A DNA stretch of 64,000 nucleotides. Origin: an uncultured virus (IMG/VR IMGVR_UViG_646564563_000001). Lineage: Duplodnaviria > Heunggongvirae > Uroviricota > Caudoviricetes. The stretch lies in the IMG/VR virus record IMGVR_UViG_646564563_000001; one strand, 5' to 3'. Made by a program: the position numbers and the translations under genes. This document shows, piece by piece, positions 9,975 through 19,588 of this stretch. Within the stretch, counting starts at the first letter, position 1, and the number at the start of each line of letters is the position of its first letter. The notes under the pieces are model-generated. The model did not search any database, was not told the origin of the DNA, and saw only the letters and a list, made by a program, of their open reading frames with translations.

Positions 9975-10597
9975 CGGCGCACCTCGATCAGGGGAATGGA
10001 GGGGATGGAGCCGGTACGTTCGATGTCGAGCGTGACCGGCAGCTCGTCAGTGTCGAAGCGCACCGGCACGTCGAATTCGAACCCGGCCCGGATCACGGCG
10101 CCGGTGGTGGGAGGAACAGTGAAGGCGACGATCCCGGTCGTCGAGTTGACCGACCAGCCGGACCCTTGCGCCACCCCGTTCAGCGAAACGGTGACGGTGC
10201 CAGCCACGGGTTTGATGATCGCCCGCGCCCAGGATTGCGCGCCGGAGGTATAGGTCTTCACCAGCTGAAACGCCGTCGCGCTGCCATTCCCGGTTCCGAC
10301 GATTTGGTCAGTGGAGGAAGGCGCCGCCGAAGGCAGGCAGGATTTGTAGTCCGACCAGTCCTTGAACCGAAACGCGTGCAGGCGGCCGTTGCGAGCCTCA
10401 AAGAAGGCGACGACCGCGGCCAGATCGTCAGCCCGGCGCACGCCATAGGAGACGTCATAACGCCGCCGCGAGTTGGCCCAGGAGGCATTGCGTTCCTCGT
10501 CGCCCGAGGCCAGTTCGACGATCCGGGTGCGCCGTTCGGGCCCGCCCTTGGCGCCCCGGCTGATGCTGTCCGGAAACCTGATCTCATGAAACGCCAT
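9971..10597 (-). CDS. DUF2460 (TIGR02217) distal tail protein
   Basis: MAFHEIRFP..ISRG..GGPERRT, FRFKDWSD, GFEFDVPVRFD. Confidence 0.93.
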   Translation of the reverse strand: MAFHEIRFPDSISRGAKGGPERRTRIVELASGDEERNASWANSRRRYDVSYGVRRADDLAAVVAFFEARNGRLHAFRFKDWSDYKSCLPSAAPSSTDQIVGTGNGSATAFQLVKTYTSGAQSWARAIIKPVAGTVTVSLNGVAQGSGWSVNSTTGIVAFTVPPTTGAVIRAGFEFDVPVRFDTDELPVTLDIERTGSIPSIPLIEVRR

Positions 10598-12694
10598 TCA
10601 GCTGCTCCTTCGGCCATAGGCGACGGCCCGGGCGATGTCGGAGGCGACTTGCGCGCGGGAGGCGCGGAAGCTTTCGGCATCGCGTGCATAGATGTTGACA
10701 GTGGTGCCCGCGCCCCTCTCCCAGGCGCGGGTCTCGGCACGGTTCAGAACGCGTTCGCCGCGCAGAAGGACGGCGGCGTATTCGTCGGAGCCGAGGCCCA
10801 TCCCTCCGCCATTGTGGAACCGCGGGGCGGCGGCGAGGGCGGCGGCGGGGATCATCATGCTGGCGGGGCCGGGCACCCGGCCGCCGGAATGGTAGACCCC
10901 GGCCGAAATCGAGCCGCCGCCGATGCCCCCACCTATCCCACCCAGCACGCCGCCCAGCGCCGAGGCGAGGGGGCCGAAGACGAAGCGGCGGAAGGCGATC
11001 TTCGCCAGATCGGCGATGATCGAGGTCGCGAGGCTCGAGAAGTCGAGCTTCCCTGTCCGGACGAATTCCGCGACGGCCTCTTCCCCGGCGCGGAAAGCCG
11101 AGGTGATCGCCTCGCCCACGTTGGCGCCCCAGTTCGCGGCCTCGGCGGCGTAGGTCGACAACGCCTCGCTGACCGCCGCCCAGCCGGTCGCGGCCACGTC
11201 GGCCGCGGCGGCGACTTCCTCGGCTGTCTGCAACGGGCCCCCGCCGCCGCCCGCGCCGCCTTCGGCCGGATCGTCGGGCGTGACCGAGATTTGCAAAGCC
11301 CGATCACGGACATCGTTGAAGTATTCCGACAGGGGCGAGCCCGAGACGATGCCGCGGATTTGGGCGGCCAGCGCCGCGCGGCGTTCGGCATCGCGGGCAG
11401 CATAGGGGTTCGCCACGCTGTCGATGCGGAAGGTGGCTGGGTCCAGTGTCGAGAGAGCCGGGTCCAGGCCAACCGCTTCCAGCGCCGCGCTCGCCGCCTC
11501 GGCCAGGGCGTTGATCCCTGCGAGCGCCTTCTCGATCATCCAGTTCACGGCATCGATCACGGCGTTCGCGGCGCCAACCGCGAGGGCTCCGACGGCATCC
11601 GGCACACCCTGGAAGGCATAGGTGGCGCCTGCGGCCGCGACCTTGAAGGCGTTGATGACGAGGTCGCCCATCCAGATGACGCCATCGACGATCCGCTCCC
11701 AGGCCCAATCTGCCCAGGCGACGGCATTGTCCCACCAACCGCGGATCGTATCGAAGACCGGCTTGCCGATCTGGTAGACGTTCTCGGCAAAGACCTGCCA
11801 GGCGGCCCGCGCCACGTCGGTGAAGCTCACCTGCGCGCCGGTGGTCTCGTTGATCTCATTGCGCATGCCCGCGATCGCGGCCGAGCCCAGCGCCACGGCG
11901 GCCGTCACCAGTGGAAAGCGCCCGGCGACCTGAAGGATGCCTTGGCCGAGGGTCCGCGCCATGCCGCCCAGATCGCGAAAGAGCGCACCGACACCGCCAT
12001 TCCCGAACCCATAAATCTGAGAAATCTGGCTGCCCTGCTGCGCCATGACCATGAAAGGGTTCATGCCGCCTGCGAGAGACACCCCGATGTCCTGAAGCTG
12101 GAAGGACAGGTTGGCCATGCGGTGGCTGGCATTGCGCGTGGCCGTGCTCATCCCGCCCAGCGCGGTGGTCCGTCCCTTGATCGCCGCGATGCTGGCAAGG
12201 GTTGCCTGCCGTTCCCGCGAGATCGCCGCCGTCATCTCCTCCGCTGAAATTGCCCCCACGCGATGGGCCTGCCGGATCTCGATCAGGGTGGTCCGGTAAT
12301 CCCGCACCACCGCGAAAAGTGGGTTGTGCTTGGCGCGGAGGTCATCAAGGGCCCGGCCATAGGCCGCCACATCCACCGCATCGCGCGCCATGCCGCCCGA
12401 GACGCCGGTTGATCGGTTCACGGTGTTCATGACCGTGCCGGACACGGCGCCTGCCTGACGCAAGGCAGCGGCCGCTCGGGCCGCCCGATCGGCAAGGTCC
12501 TGCATCTGCCGCATGGCCTCGCCTGCCGACACCCCGGCCGCGTTCAAGCCTGCCGCTGCCCGCGGGCCAGCCGCTTCGATCAGGGTCAGCGCCCGGGCGC
12601 CTTCCTGGCCGATGCCGACCAGTTCGGCCTTCAGCGCCTGACCGCCGGTCGCGACAAGGCGCACCGAGACCCGGCGTTCAGTCCGGCTGCTCAT
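10598..12694 (-). CDS. Tail tape measure protein
   Basis: NLSFQLQDIGVSLAGGMNPFMVMAQQGSQI motif; Ala-rich; C-terminal FRASRAQVA. Confidence 0.9.
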   Translation of the reverse strand: MSSRTERRVSVRLVATGGQALKAELVGIGQEGARALTLIEAAGPRAAAGLNAAGVSAGEAMRQMQDLADRAARAAAALRQAGAVSGTVMNTVNRSTGVSGGMARDAVDVAAYGRALDDLRAKHNPLFAVVRDYRTTLIEIRQAHRVGAISAEEMTAAISRERQATLASIAAIKGRTTALGGMSTATRNASHRMANLSFQLQDIGVSLAGGMNPFMVMAQQGSQISQIYGFGNGGVGALFRDLGGMARTLGQGILQVAGRFPLVTAAVALGSAAIAGMRNEINETTGAQVSFTDVARAAWQVFAENVYQIGKPVFDTIRGWWDNAVAWADWAWERIVDGVIWMGDLVINAFKVAAAGATYAFQGVPDAVGALAVGAANAVIDAVNWMIEKALAGINALAEAASAALEAVGLDPALSTLDPATFRIDSVANPYAARDAERRAALAAQIRGIVSGSPLSEYFNDVRDRALQISVTPDDPAEGGAGGGGGPLQTAEEVAAAADVAATGWAAVSEALSTYAAEAANWGANVGEAITSAFRAGEEAVAEFVRTGKLDFSSLATSIIADLAKIAFRRFVFGPLASALGGVLGGIGGGIGGGSISAGVYHSGGRVPGPASMMIPAAALAAAPRFHNGGGMGLGSDEYAAVLLRGERVLNRAETRAWERGAGTTVNIYARDAESFRASRAQVASDIARAVAYGRRSS

Positions 12695-13032
12695 GATCCC
12701 GTCTCGTCATGTTGGGTGGCTCTCACTTGGGCGTTGATGCCGCGGACGGCGAAGGGTTCGATCAGGGGCAGAAGCTCGGCCGCGATCAGACGGTTCAGGC
12801 CCAGCGCCTCGGCCATGGCCAGGGCAGCGGTCATGTCCCAGCCGACCACCCCGCCGGGGATGGCTCGGAACTGGCCGCGCAAAGCTTGGGCCAATTCCCA
12901 GACCTGCCAGGCTTCAAGGGTGCGGGGGCGGTGCAGATCAGCGGGGCAGGCCGGGCAGGGTTTTACGCATCCGGCGCAGTAGCCTTCGCCCCCGCTGAAG
13001 TGCCATTCGGCAAGGGCGCGGAGGCGTTTCCC
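12691..13032 (-). CDS. Tail assembly chaperone T segment, reached by -1 frameshift
   Basis: -1 frame from GGGAAAC reads KRLRALAEWHFSGGEGYCAGC..CPACP...GWDMTAALA without a stop to 12691. Confidence 0.8.
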   Translation of the reverse strand, partial: GKRLRALAEWHFSGGEGYCAGCVKPCPACPADLHRPRTLEAWQVWELAQALRGQFRAIPGGVVGWDMTAALAMAEALGLNRLIAAELLPLIEPFAVRGINAQVRATQHDETGS

Positions 13033-13370
13033 TCATCGGCCAGGATCAGGCCCTTGGCCACATAGTCCGTCTGGAAGCGCTGGAAGAGCGGGAAGAGATC
13101 GAGCAGTGCGGCGACCGCCTCAGGCGTCGGTGGCACCGGATAGCCCTCGGCATTGCCGACTCCCTCCCAGTCGAGGATCGCCAGCGACCCGATCGCCTTG
13201 GCCAGGGCGACGGCGACCTGATCGGCGGGCGCGTCTTCCTGGAGGCTGGCCACCTGCGCGTCGCTCCTGGCCGCGCCAATCAGGGCAGAGGTGAGCGGGG
13301 CCAAGCGCAGGCGGACCCCGCCGCCGAGGTCGAGCCAGGCGGGTTCGGGGGAGAGGTTCAGGCGGATCAT
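12963..13370 (-). CDS. Tail assembly chaperone G
   Basis: MIRLNLS...ILDWEGVGN; lies between tail tube and TMP; slippery GGGAAAC near the end. Confidence 0.8.
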   Translation of the reverse strand: MIRLNLSPEPAWLDLGGGVRLRLAPLTSALIGAARSDAQVASLQEDAPADQVAVALAKAIGSLAILDWEGVGNAEGYPVPPTPEAVAALLDLFPLFQRFQTDYVAKGLILADEGNASAPLPNGTSAGAKATAPDA

Positions 13371-13381
13371 GGAGGGGCTCC

Positions 13382-14326
13382 TCAATAGCTGGTGGTCGTG
13401 TTGACAAGGACGGCGGTGCACATGCGGGCGGGCGAGGTGGCCCGCGCCGCCTGCCATTCGAAGGTCGCCTGCACGCCCTGCGGTCCGTTGATCGGGATGC
13501 GGGGGCGGGGCAGATAGGCTGCGTGCACAGTGAAGGTGAGCGAGGCGTTCGCCCCCAGGCTCCAGGCGAACACGAGCTCGCAGGGATCACCGGCGATCGC
13601 TTGGTTCACCAAGGTCAGATCGGCGAACCGCGCCTCGATCGATCCGGTCAAGGCGGCCATTGATGGGTCGAGCCCTTCGAGGAGCCCGTCGTTGCGGATT
13701 GTCTCGATCCGGTCGAGGTTGTTGGCATAGGACACCTGCGCCCAGACGATATTGCCCAGCGCCGCCCCGTTCCGTGTGATCGACCCCTGAAAATTACCGA
13801 AGCGCTGCAAGGGAAGCGTGGCATCGGTGAGGACACCGGCGGCCGTCGTGGCCGCAACCGTCTCGCCGCGGCCGATCAGGCCGACCGTCGCGGTCAACAG
13901 CCCTGACCGCTGCGATTGCCACTGGATGCGATCTGCGACGAGGCCGGAATACATCGCAAACCGCGGCACATCGGGCATTTGCGTCTCGATCGCCATGCTG
14001 GGCAGCGTGAAACCGCCCGACTGGAACGTGTGCGTCCGGGGCGTGGTGCCGGTGGTCGTGGGCTGGCCGAAGATCGCCTTCAGCCAGAAGCCGAGGTTCT
14101 CGGCATCCATAGGAATGACGACATCGCCGTCGACGTTCACCGCATCGCGGATCGGCGCCTGCGGGTCGCGGCCGTAGCCGAGGAGTTCGGGCGACAAGAG
14201 CCCTTGTTCGGAGCCGAGCGTCGTCGTGGCAAAGGGCATCCGGCGATAGCCGCTGGCGGGCGGCGTGCCGTAAACGGATTCAAAGGCGAACGCGACTTGC
14301 GTCCGCGCGCCGGGCTGGCGGGCCAT
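13382..14326 (-). CDS. Tail tube (major tail) protein
   Basis: MARQPGAR..FESVYGTPP, ELLGYGRDP, GPQGVQATFEWQAA. Confidence 0.88.
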   Translation of the reverse strand: MARQPGARTQVAFAFESVYGTPPASGYRRMPFATTTLGSEQGLLSPELLGYGRDPQAPIRDAVNVDGDVVIPMDAENLGFWLKAIFGQPTTTGTTPRTHTFQSGGFTLPSMAIETQMPDVPRFAMYSGLVADRIQWQSQRSGLLTATVGLIGRGETVAATTAAGVLTDATLPLQRFGNFQGSITRNGAALGNIVWAQVSYANNLDRIETIRNDGLLEGLDPSMAALTGSIEARFADLTLVNQAIAGDPCELVFAWSLGANASLTFTVHAAYLPRPRIPINGPQGVQATFEWQAARATSPARMCTAVLVNTTTSY

Positions 14327-14350
14327 GGGTCAGTCCTTTCGGGGGTGGGG

Positions 14351-14791
14351 TCAGAGAAGCGGGTCGGTCGTGGCGTAGGCGAGGATCACCGGGAACACCG
14401 CTGCCTTCAGACCCTCATTGCCGTCGATTGCCAGCAGCACCGGTTCCGGCGCCTCGGGCGCGATATAGTCGCAAAGGCCGCCAAGCGTGCGGTCGGCGGC
14501 GAGCGCCGTGCCGATCGCCAGGCGGAGAGCGTCAAAGGCGGCATCCCGGGCGGCGGGTGTGCCATCCACGACCACTTCGATCTCGGCCCGGTGCTCAAAG
14601 TAGTAGCCCGGCGGTGAAAGCCACACCTCCGGCGGCCCCGGATCGCCATCGCGCAGGATCACCACCCCGGCGGCAGGCACCTTCTCGGGCAGGATCGAAT
14701 TGCGCAGCACCTTGGCACCGGGCGGCACCGCGCCGGACAATAGGCTATGAAGCGACGCGAGCAGGCGCTCGGCCGTGGATTGAAATGGCAT
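14351..14791 (-). CDS. Putative tail terminator / completion protein
   Basis: ILRDGDPG.PEV.LSP, ADRTLGGLCD; position just upstream of the tail tube. Confidence 0.7.
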   Translation of the reverse strand: MPFQSTAERLLASLHSLLSGAVPPGAKVLRNSILPEKVPAAGVVILRDGDPGPPEVWLSPPGYYFEHRAEIEVVVDGTPAARDAAFDALRLAIGTALAADRTLGGLCDYIAPEAPEPVLLAIDGNEGLKAAVFPVILAYATTDPLL

Positions 14792-14844
14792 CTCTGGTCT
14801 TTCCGAACTAAGTGCAATCAAAGACCCGAAAGTCTCACCGATTT

Positions 14845-16041
14845 CTAGTCCGAGCTGGTCGGTCCAGACCCACAAACGGCCTCGTATTCCAACAAATATT
14901 CACCCTCAGGCAGGATTTTTCCGCGCTCCGCTGAATGCAAATGTATATTGAAATCGAAGATAGTTCCCGTGTTGGCGCGCAGTGTGATGTTGGGTGTTTC
15001 AGTGGGGCTGGACAGAAGCTTTGCGCTTATGCTGGGCGGAGTGGTCATATTTGGATCGAAGCGGCCGCTGGCCGTAAAGTTTCGTACGGGTCTCGAAAGT
15101 AGTACTCTTATTCGGCCAGAATTTCTGGAGTCGTCAGCAAAATAGTACTCCTGCACAATTTTGACTGCAGGCTCTCTCTGAAGCGAAACCTCGCGAATGT
15201 CCTCAAGCACGTCCTCATTCGCTTTTTCGCCTGCGCGCTCTTGATGGATTTGGAGGAATCGCTCGGTCTGATAGATAAGAATGATCGATCCAGTCTCTTC
15301 GTGCGCTTCTTGAAGAAGCTCGAGTCGAGCGTTCAGCGTCTTTCCACTTTTCTTTTCCCACCAGTCCTCTTTTTGCTCAGAAGTAACCAGGATCAGTGGA
15401 CGCTTTGACTGTTTCCCATAGTCTAGAATCTGCCTCCACATGAGATAATCACCGGCAAATCCGTTGCCTTCTTTTCCGTCGTCCATGTATCCAGGTGGAA
15501 TCTTTTCCTTCTTGCGCCTTTCTGCCTCTTTAATAAGATCGGCAAGATTTCCGGGCTTGGAGCCAATGTTACCAGCTAACGCTGCTTCAAGGCGCGCAAC
15601 AACCTCATCGTTGCTTTCGTATTCTGGAGTAGTGGACTTTTCTGTTGCTATGGAAGCCCTTGCGGTCTCAATGGCCTGTTTGAGTGATCCCTCAAGTTCC
15701 TCAGAGACAGATTTAGGGACTGCGCGAATGCCCCTAATTGCTGAAATTTGTCCCTGAGAGGATTTCATAATTTCTTCGAAGTGCTTCTCGGACTTTTCAA
15801 ATTCCGAGGCGGCATCTAAAATCACTTTTCGGCGATTTTTCACGAATTCGTTGGAGGTTTGAAAAGAAATCCACAGACGACCCTTGAAGCTCTCAATAGC
15901 GCCAAGCAACGCTTCTCTTGTTGCCTTATTGTAACGGTAGAGATCCAAGAGCACATTTGCGTCAACTGTAAGCGTGCCCTTGTCCCACGCTTCCTCAAAG
16001 TCCTTGTCCGTCAGAAAGTACCATGGAAATTTATCGCGCAT
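14845..16041 (-). CDS. PIN-like domain protein (PIN_8/DUF4935 type), low-GC moron
   Basis: VDANVLLDLYRY, EF.KNR, KIPPGYMD, GDYLMW.Q, KEDWW motifs; GGAGG RBS; AT-richer than flanks. Confidence 0.85.
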   Translation of the reverse strand: MRDKFPWYFLTDKDFEEAWDKGTLTVDANVLLDLYRYNKATREALLGAIESFKGRLWISFQTSNEFVKNRRKVILDAASEFEKSEKHFEEIMKSSQGQISAIRGIRAVPKSVSEELEGSLKQAIETARASIATEKSTTPEYESNDEVVARLEAALAGNIGSKPGNLADLIKEAERRKKEKIPPGYMDDGKEGNGFAGDYLMWRQILDYGKQSKRPLILVTSEQKEDWWEKKSGKTLNARLELLQEAHEETGSIILIYQTERFLQIHQERAGEKANEDVLEDIREVSLQREPAVKIVQEYYFADDSRNSGRIRVLLSRPVRNFTASGRFDPNMTTPPSISAKLLSSPTETPNITLRANTGTIFDFNIHLHSAERGKILPEGEYLLEYEAVCGSGPTSSD

Positions 16042-16158
16042 GACGCCTCCTCTATCATTTTCAACTATTGACCGCTTCCATCGGCCTTTCAAGCGGACTT
16101 CTTGACCTCGGTGGACGCTCAGCTGTGCCTTCAAAGCGAAAACGCAGATGGATTGGTC

Positions 16159-16800
16159 TTATCTCTTCCACGCCCCCAGGATCGCTCCCGGCAGTCGTGC
16201 CGTCGCAGCCGGCGCCAACCCATCAAGGTCCAGCTTCTTCGGCATCTTCACCTGCCGTAAAAGGAGGAACACCGGCACGGTCTGGGCCCCGGTCAGAATA
16301 CCATCCCGCCGCCGTCGCCCGCCCTTTGCTGCGGCAAGGCCCCGGCTGTTCAGCCGCGCATCATCGGCGACCAACAAACTAGGCCCGTTTCGGCGATAGA
16401 CGAAGCGCAGGCGCATGCCGGTGCGCTGTTCCCAGCGCCAGGGGGTGATGCGCTGGCGGCCAAGACCGGTGACACCTGCCGCGGGCAAGGGAATGGCCAA
16501 CCAGAGGCCGCCCTTGCCGCGGATCAGCACGCCGCCATCGAACGCGTGCAGGATGTCGGGCGCCTCGGTCCAGACGAGGCTTGCCGCGCGAAGGCTGGTG
16601 CCCGATCGCGGGAAGTCGGCCTGCCGAACGGTGTTGGCAAGGCGCGACCCAAGCCCAGAAGCCCGCACCTGCCCGCGCCAGTCGTCGCGCAGGCCCCGCC
16701 CGGCTGCAAAGACGCCGCGGGTGACGGCGGCCTCGGCCTCTTGCAGGATCTCGGTGGCGATTGCCGCCAGATCACCGTCGATGCTGGCGCCGATCTTCAT
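16159..16800 (-). CDS. DUF6441-like neck/tail protein
   Basis: WRGQV..SGLG.RLANT, LWLAIP, LRFVYRR.GPSLLV. Confidence 0.75.
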   Translation of the reverse strand: MKIGASIDGDLAAIATEILQEAEAAVTRGVFAAGRGLRDDWRGQVRASGLGSRLANTVRQADFPRSGTSLRAASLVWTEAPDILHAFDGGVLIRGKGGLWLAIPLPAAGVTGLGRQRITPWRWEQRTGMRLRFVYRRNGPSLLVADDARLNSRGLAAAKGGRRRRDGILTGAQTVPVFLLLRQVKMPKKLDLDGLAPAATARLPGAILGAWKR

Positions 16801-17111
16801 ACCTCTCGCGCCTCGGCCTTCCAGACGTGGCGCAGGGCGTCGCGCACGGGCTCGCCCCGAACCTCGTAGATCACACCCGCGATTTCGAACGTGTCCCCGG
16901 GCGCAAGGGCGCCCAGCGCGGCGCATTCGACATCGATCATCACGCTGTCGGTGACGAACCGGCCTTCGCCGAAGCCTGACACCGCATCAGGCCGCCGCAG
17001 CATGACGCGCACGGCCATCGGCGCGCCCGCCCCACCAGATCGCCAGACCGCATCCTGTGCGAGGTTCGGATCGCGGAAGAGGGCGGCCGTGGCGCTGGCG
17101 AAGGCCGACAT
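16797..17111 (-). CDS. Head-tail joining protein
   Basis: MSAFA..LFRDPNL; position after the decoration gene. Confidence 0.75.
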   Translation of the reverse strand: MSAFASATAALFRDPNLAQDAVWRSGGAGAPMAVRVMLRRPDAVSGFGEGRFVTDSVMIDVECAALGALAPGDTFEIAGVIYEVRGEPVRDALRHVWKAEAREV

Positions 17112-17112
17112 C

Positions 17113-17451
17113 TCAGGTTGCTCCCCCGTTCAGGCGCACGATGCCGGTCGTGTCACCCGCACCGCCTGCCACAGCTTGCGTGGCGATGCCGATCCGGGTG
17201 TTGCCGGTTAGAACGTTGGTGGTCCGGCTGTTCGCCGCATCCCAGTAGATCGTCTGACCGACCGTCCAGGCCTGCGAGGGCGCCTTCGGCAGCGAGAACA
17301 CGCCCACCAGCCGGATGACGGCGGTGTCGCCGGTCGCCGCAGCGCCCTCGGCCACGCCGAAGATGCTGCCGACCAGCACGCCCTGGCCTGAGGCGATGGC
17401 TGCTGCTGCGGTGATGTTGATGGTTTCGCCATTGGCGATGAAGTTTTTCAT
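17113..17451 (-). CDS. DUF2190 capsid cement/decoration protein
   Basis: MKNFI..G, SGQGVLVGSIFGVA, GVFSLPKA, VRLNG. Confidence 0.88.
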   Translation of the reverse strand: MKNFIANGETINITAAAAIASGQGVLVGSIFGVAEGAAATGDTAVIRLVGVFSLPKAPSQAWTVGQTIYWDAANSRTTNVLTGNTRIGIATQAVAGGAGDTTGIVRLNGGAT

Positions 17452-17477
17452 CGGGGTTCTCCTTCAGAGTTTGGGAT

Positions 17478-19496
17478 TCAGACGCCCGCGTTGCGGAAGA
17501 GGCCGCGCCAGTCGATGGCTTTGGCGGCGAAGTCGTGGCGGGCCTTGATCTCGATGCCGTCGACCTCGAAGCCCGAGCGGGTCTCGGTGTAGACGCCCTG
17601 CTGGCCCTCGAGATAGGCGAACTCGATCGTGTCGATCCGCGAGGGATCGGCGGCCAAGAACCAAGGGTCGGGCCCGGCGGCGGGGATCAGGCGGGCTTCC
17701 TCGATCGGTTCCAGGCGGTTGGCGAAGGCGTTGACTCCGGCGACCGCATTCGGGGTGGTGGCGGTGACGTTCTTGCGCGCCTCAACCGACCGCACGCCGG
17801 GCGGGGTGATGATGTAGCGCGGCAAGACACTGATCTGGCGGCCCTCAAGGCCGCGCTGGTTGCCGAAGAGGCGATAGGCTTCGGCGAGGGTGGTTTCCGA
17901 GATCGTGCCCGCCGTGCCGAGGTTGGCGTGGGAGGCATGGAACAGCGGGTTGCCATCGGCCATGTTGGGATTGGTCGAAAAGATCGAATATACCAGATCG
18001 CTTTCCAGATCCGCTGCCGCGGCACCAAACGCGGACGGGATACGGGTGAAGGCATCAAGATCGTCATTGATCAGTGTCTGCCGGGTGATGCCCACAATCC
18101 GGCCGTAGGTCACCAGCGCATAGACCTCGCGGCTTTCGCCGATGGTGCCATAGGTGAACTCTCCCGATTCCGGCACGCGCAGCAGGTCCGGCGCACCGCC
18201 AAGCTGGTTGCGGGCGACCGGCTTGAAGTCGGTGATCACGGCCTGCCGCGCCCAGGCCGTGAAGGTGCGGGGCGTGGTGTCATAGGCCGCGCGCAGGGTC
18301 TTGTTGGCGACATTGGCCAGGATCAGGGGAAAGTCGCTGGTCGAATGCAGACCGGAACGGCCGATCAGGGCCTCGGTCGCCAGTTCCATCTTCGACAGGC
18401 CGCGCGTGGCGATGCCGCGGCGATCAAGGGCGTGGCGGGCCAGTTCGAGAAGGGTCAGGCCGCGGAACTCGCGGGCGCGGTCGGTCAGTTGCGCTCGGCC
18501 GGGGTTGTGGCGGTGCAGGAGCGCCTCGGACATGGCATCGCGATAGGCGGCCTCAGTTGCCCCGGTGCCGCGAGCGGTGGCCGCGACAGGTTCCGATCCC
18601 CGGGCCGCTGGTGCATCGGCCTCGGCCAGCTTGTCGAGGATCGCAGCCCGGGCGGCATCCAACGACAGGCCCCGCCGGATCATATCGGCGGCGAAGCCTG
18701 CGCCAAGCGCGTGGCGTTCGCAGAGCGCCAGCACTTCGGCTGCGGAACGGTTCGCTTCGGTGCGGATCGCATCGGGGGAGGGATCGGCTGCGGGCGGCGT
18801 GATGGGCGCGGGCGCGGCGCGGGTTTCGGCGGGAGCGTCAGGTTCGGGGATCTGGGTGTCGGGCATGGTGGTCCTCGTCTGGTTCGGGGAAGGGGCGGGC
18901 GCGTCTGCCCGGGTGAGGAGGCAGGGGGTGAGGGTTTCAGTTCGGGCGGCGCCGGTTGCCGCATCGGCGCCGCGGATATGCGCGCCGGGATCGGCGGGCA
19001 TGGCGACGGCGGAGATTTCCATCGGCTCCCAGTCGACCGCGCGCCACAACTCGCGCTGGCCTTGGGCCTTGGTGATGTCGTAGCGATGGACCCGGTAGCC
19101 GACGGAGACGGCCGAGACCGTGCCATCCATGATCCGCTGCACGATCGGCGCGGCATCAGGCGCCGACGTCAGCCGCACCCGGGCAAAGCCCTGGCCGCCT
19201 TCGATCCGGGCGGAACCTGGCAGAACGGCACCCACAACGGATTCCAGCCCCCAGGACCGGTGCGAATCCAGGAACGGCGCGCCCGCATTCAGGCGGTCCA
19301 TCCGCACCGCGCCGGGCGTGACGACCAGTTCCTCGTCATATTCGACGACATCATCCCAGCCCTCATAGCGCCGCCGCTGAACGGTGGCGCCGGTGGTCCA
19401 GATCACGTCGATCGTCATGTCGTCGCCCTCGCCGCGGACAAGGCGCAGCGAGGCCTCCCGCGTGATCAGCGGGAGGTTTCGGGTCTCAGGGGGCAT
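17478..19496 (-). CDS. Prohead protease / major capsid fusion protein
   Basis: PFLDSH, VSVGY, WEPMEISAV (HK97-type protease); HSTSDFP, DFAAKAIDWRG (capsid). Confidence 0.93.
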   Translation of the reverse strand: MPPETRNLPLITREASLRLVRGEGDDMTIDVIWTTGATVQRRRYEGWDDVVEYDEELVVTPGAVRMDRLNAGAPFLDSHRSWGLESVVGAVLPGSARIEGGQGFARVRLTSAPDAAPIVQRIMDGTVSAVSVGYRVHRYDITKAQGQRELWRAVDWEPMEISAVAMPADPGAHIRGADAATGAARTETLTPCLLTRADAPAPSPNQTRTTMPDTQIPEPDAPAETRAAPAPITPPAADPSPDAIRTEANRSAAEVLALCERHALGAGFAADMIRRGLSLDAARAAILDKLAEADAPAARGSEPVAATARGTGATEAAYRDAMSEALLHRHNPGRAQLTDRAREFRGLTLLELARHALDRRGIATRGLSKMELATEALIGRSGLHSTSDFPLILANVANKTLRAAYDTTPRTFTAWARQAVITDFKPVARNQLGGAPDLLRVPESGEFTYGTIGESREVYALVTYGRIVGITRQTLINDDLDAFTRIPSAFGAAAADLESDLVYSIFSTNPNMADGNPLFHASHANLGTAGTISETTLAEAYRLFGNQRGLEGRQISVLPRYIITPPGVRSVEARKNVTATTPNAVAGVNAFANRLEPIEEARLIPAAGPDPWFLAADPSRIDTIEFAYLEGQQGVYTETRSGFEVDGIEIKARHDFAAKAIDWRGLFRNAGV

Positions 19497-19588
19497 GGGA
19501 GAGGCTCCGTTCTGAGGAGATTTCAGTTCGCGCTTGTGCGTCTCGGCGTTTTATGAAAATATGGATTTATGAAGGATAGGAGATTCGG

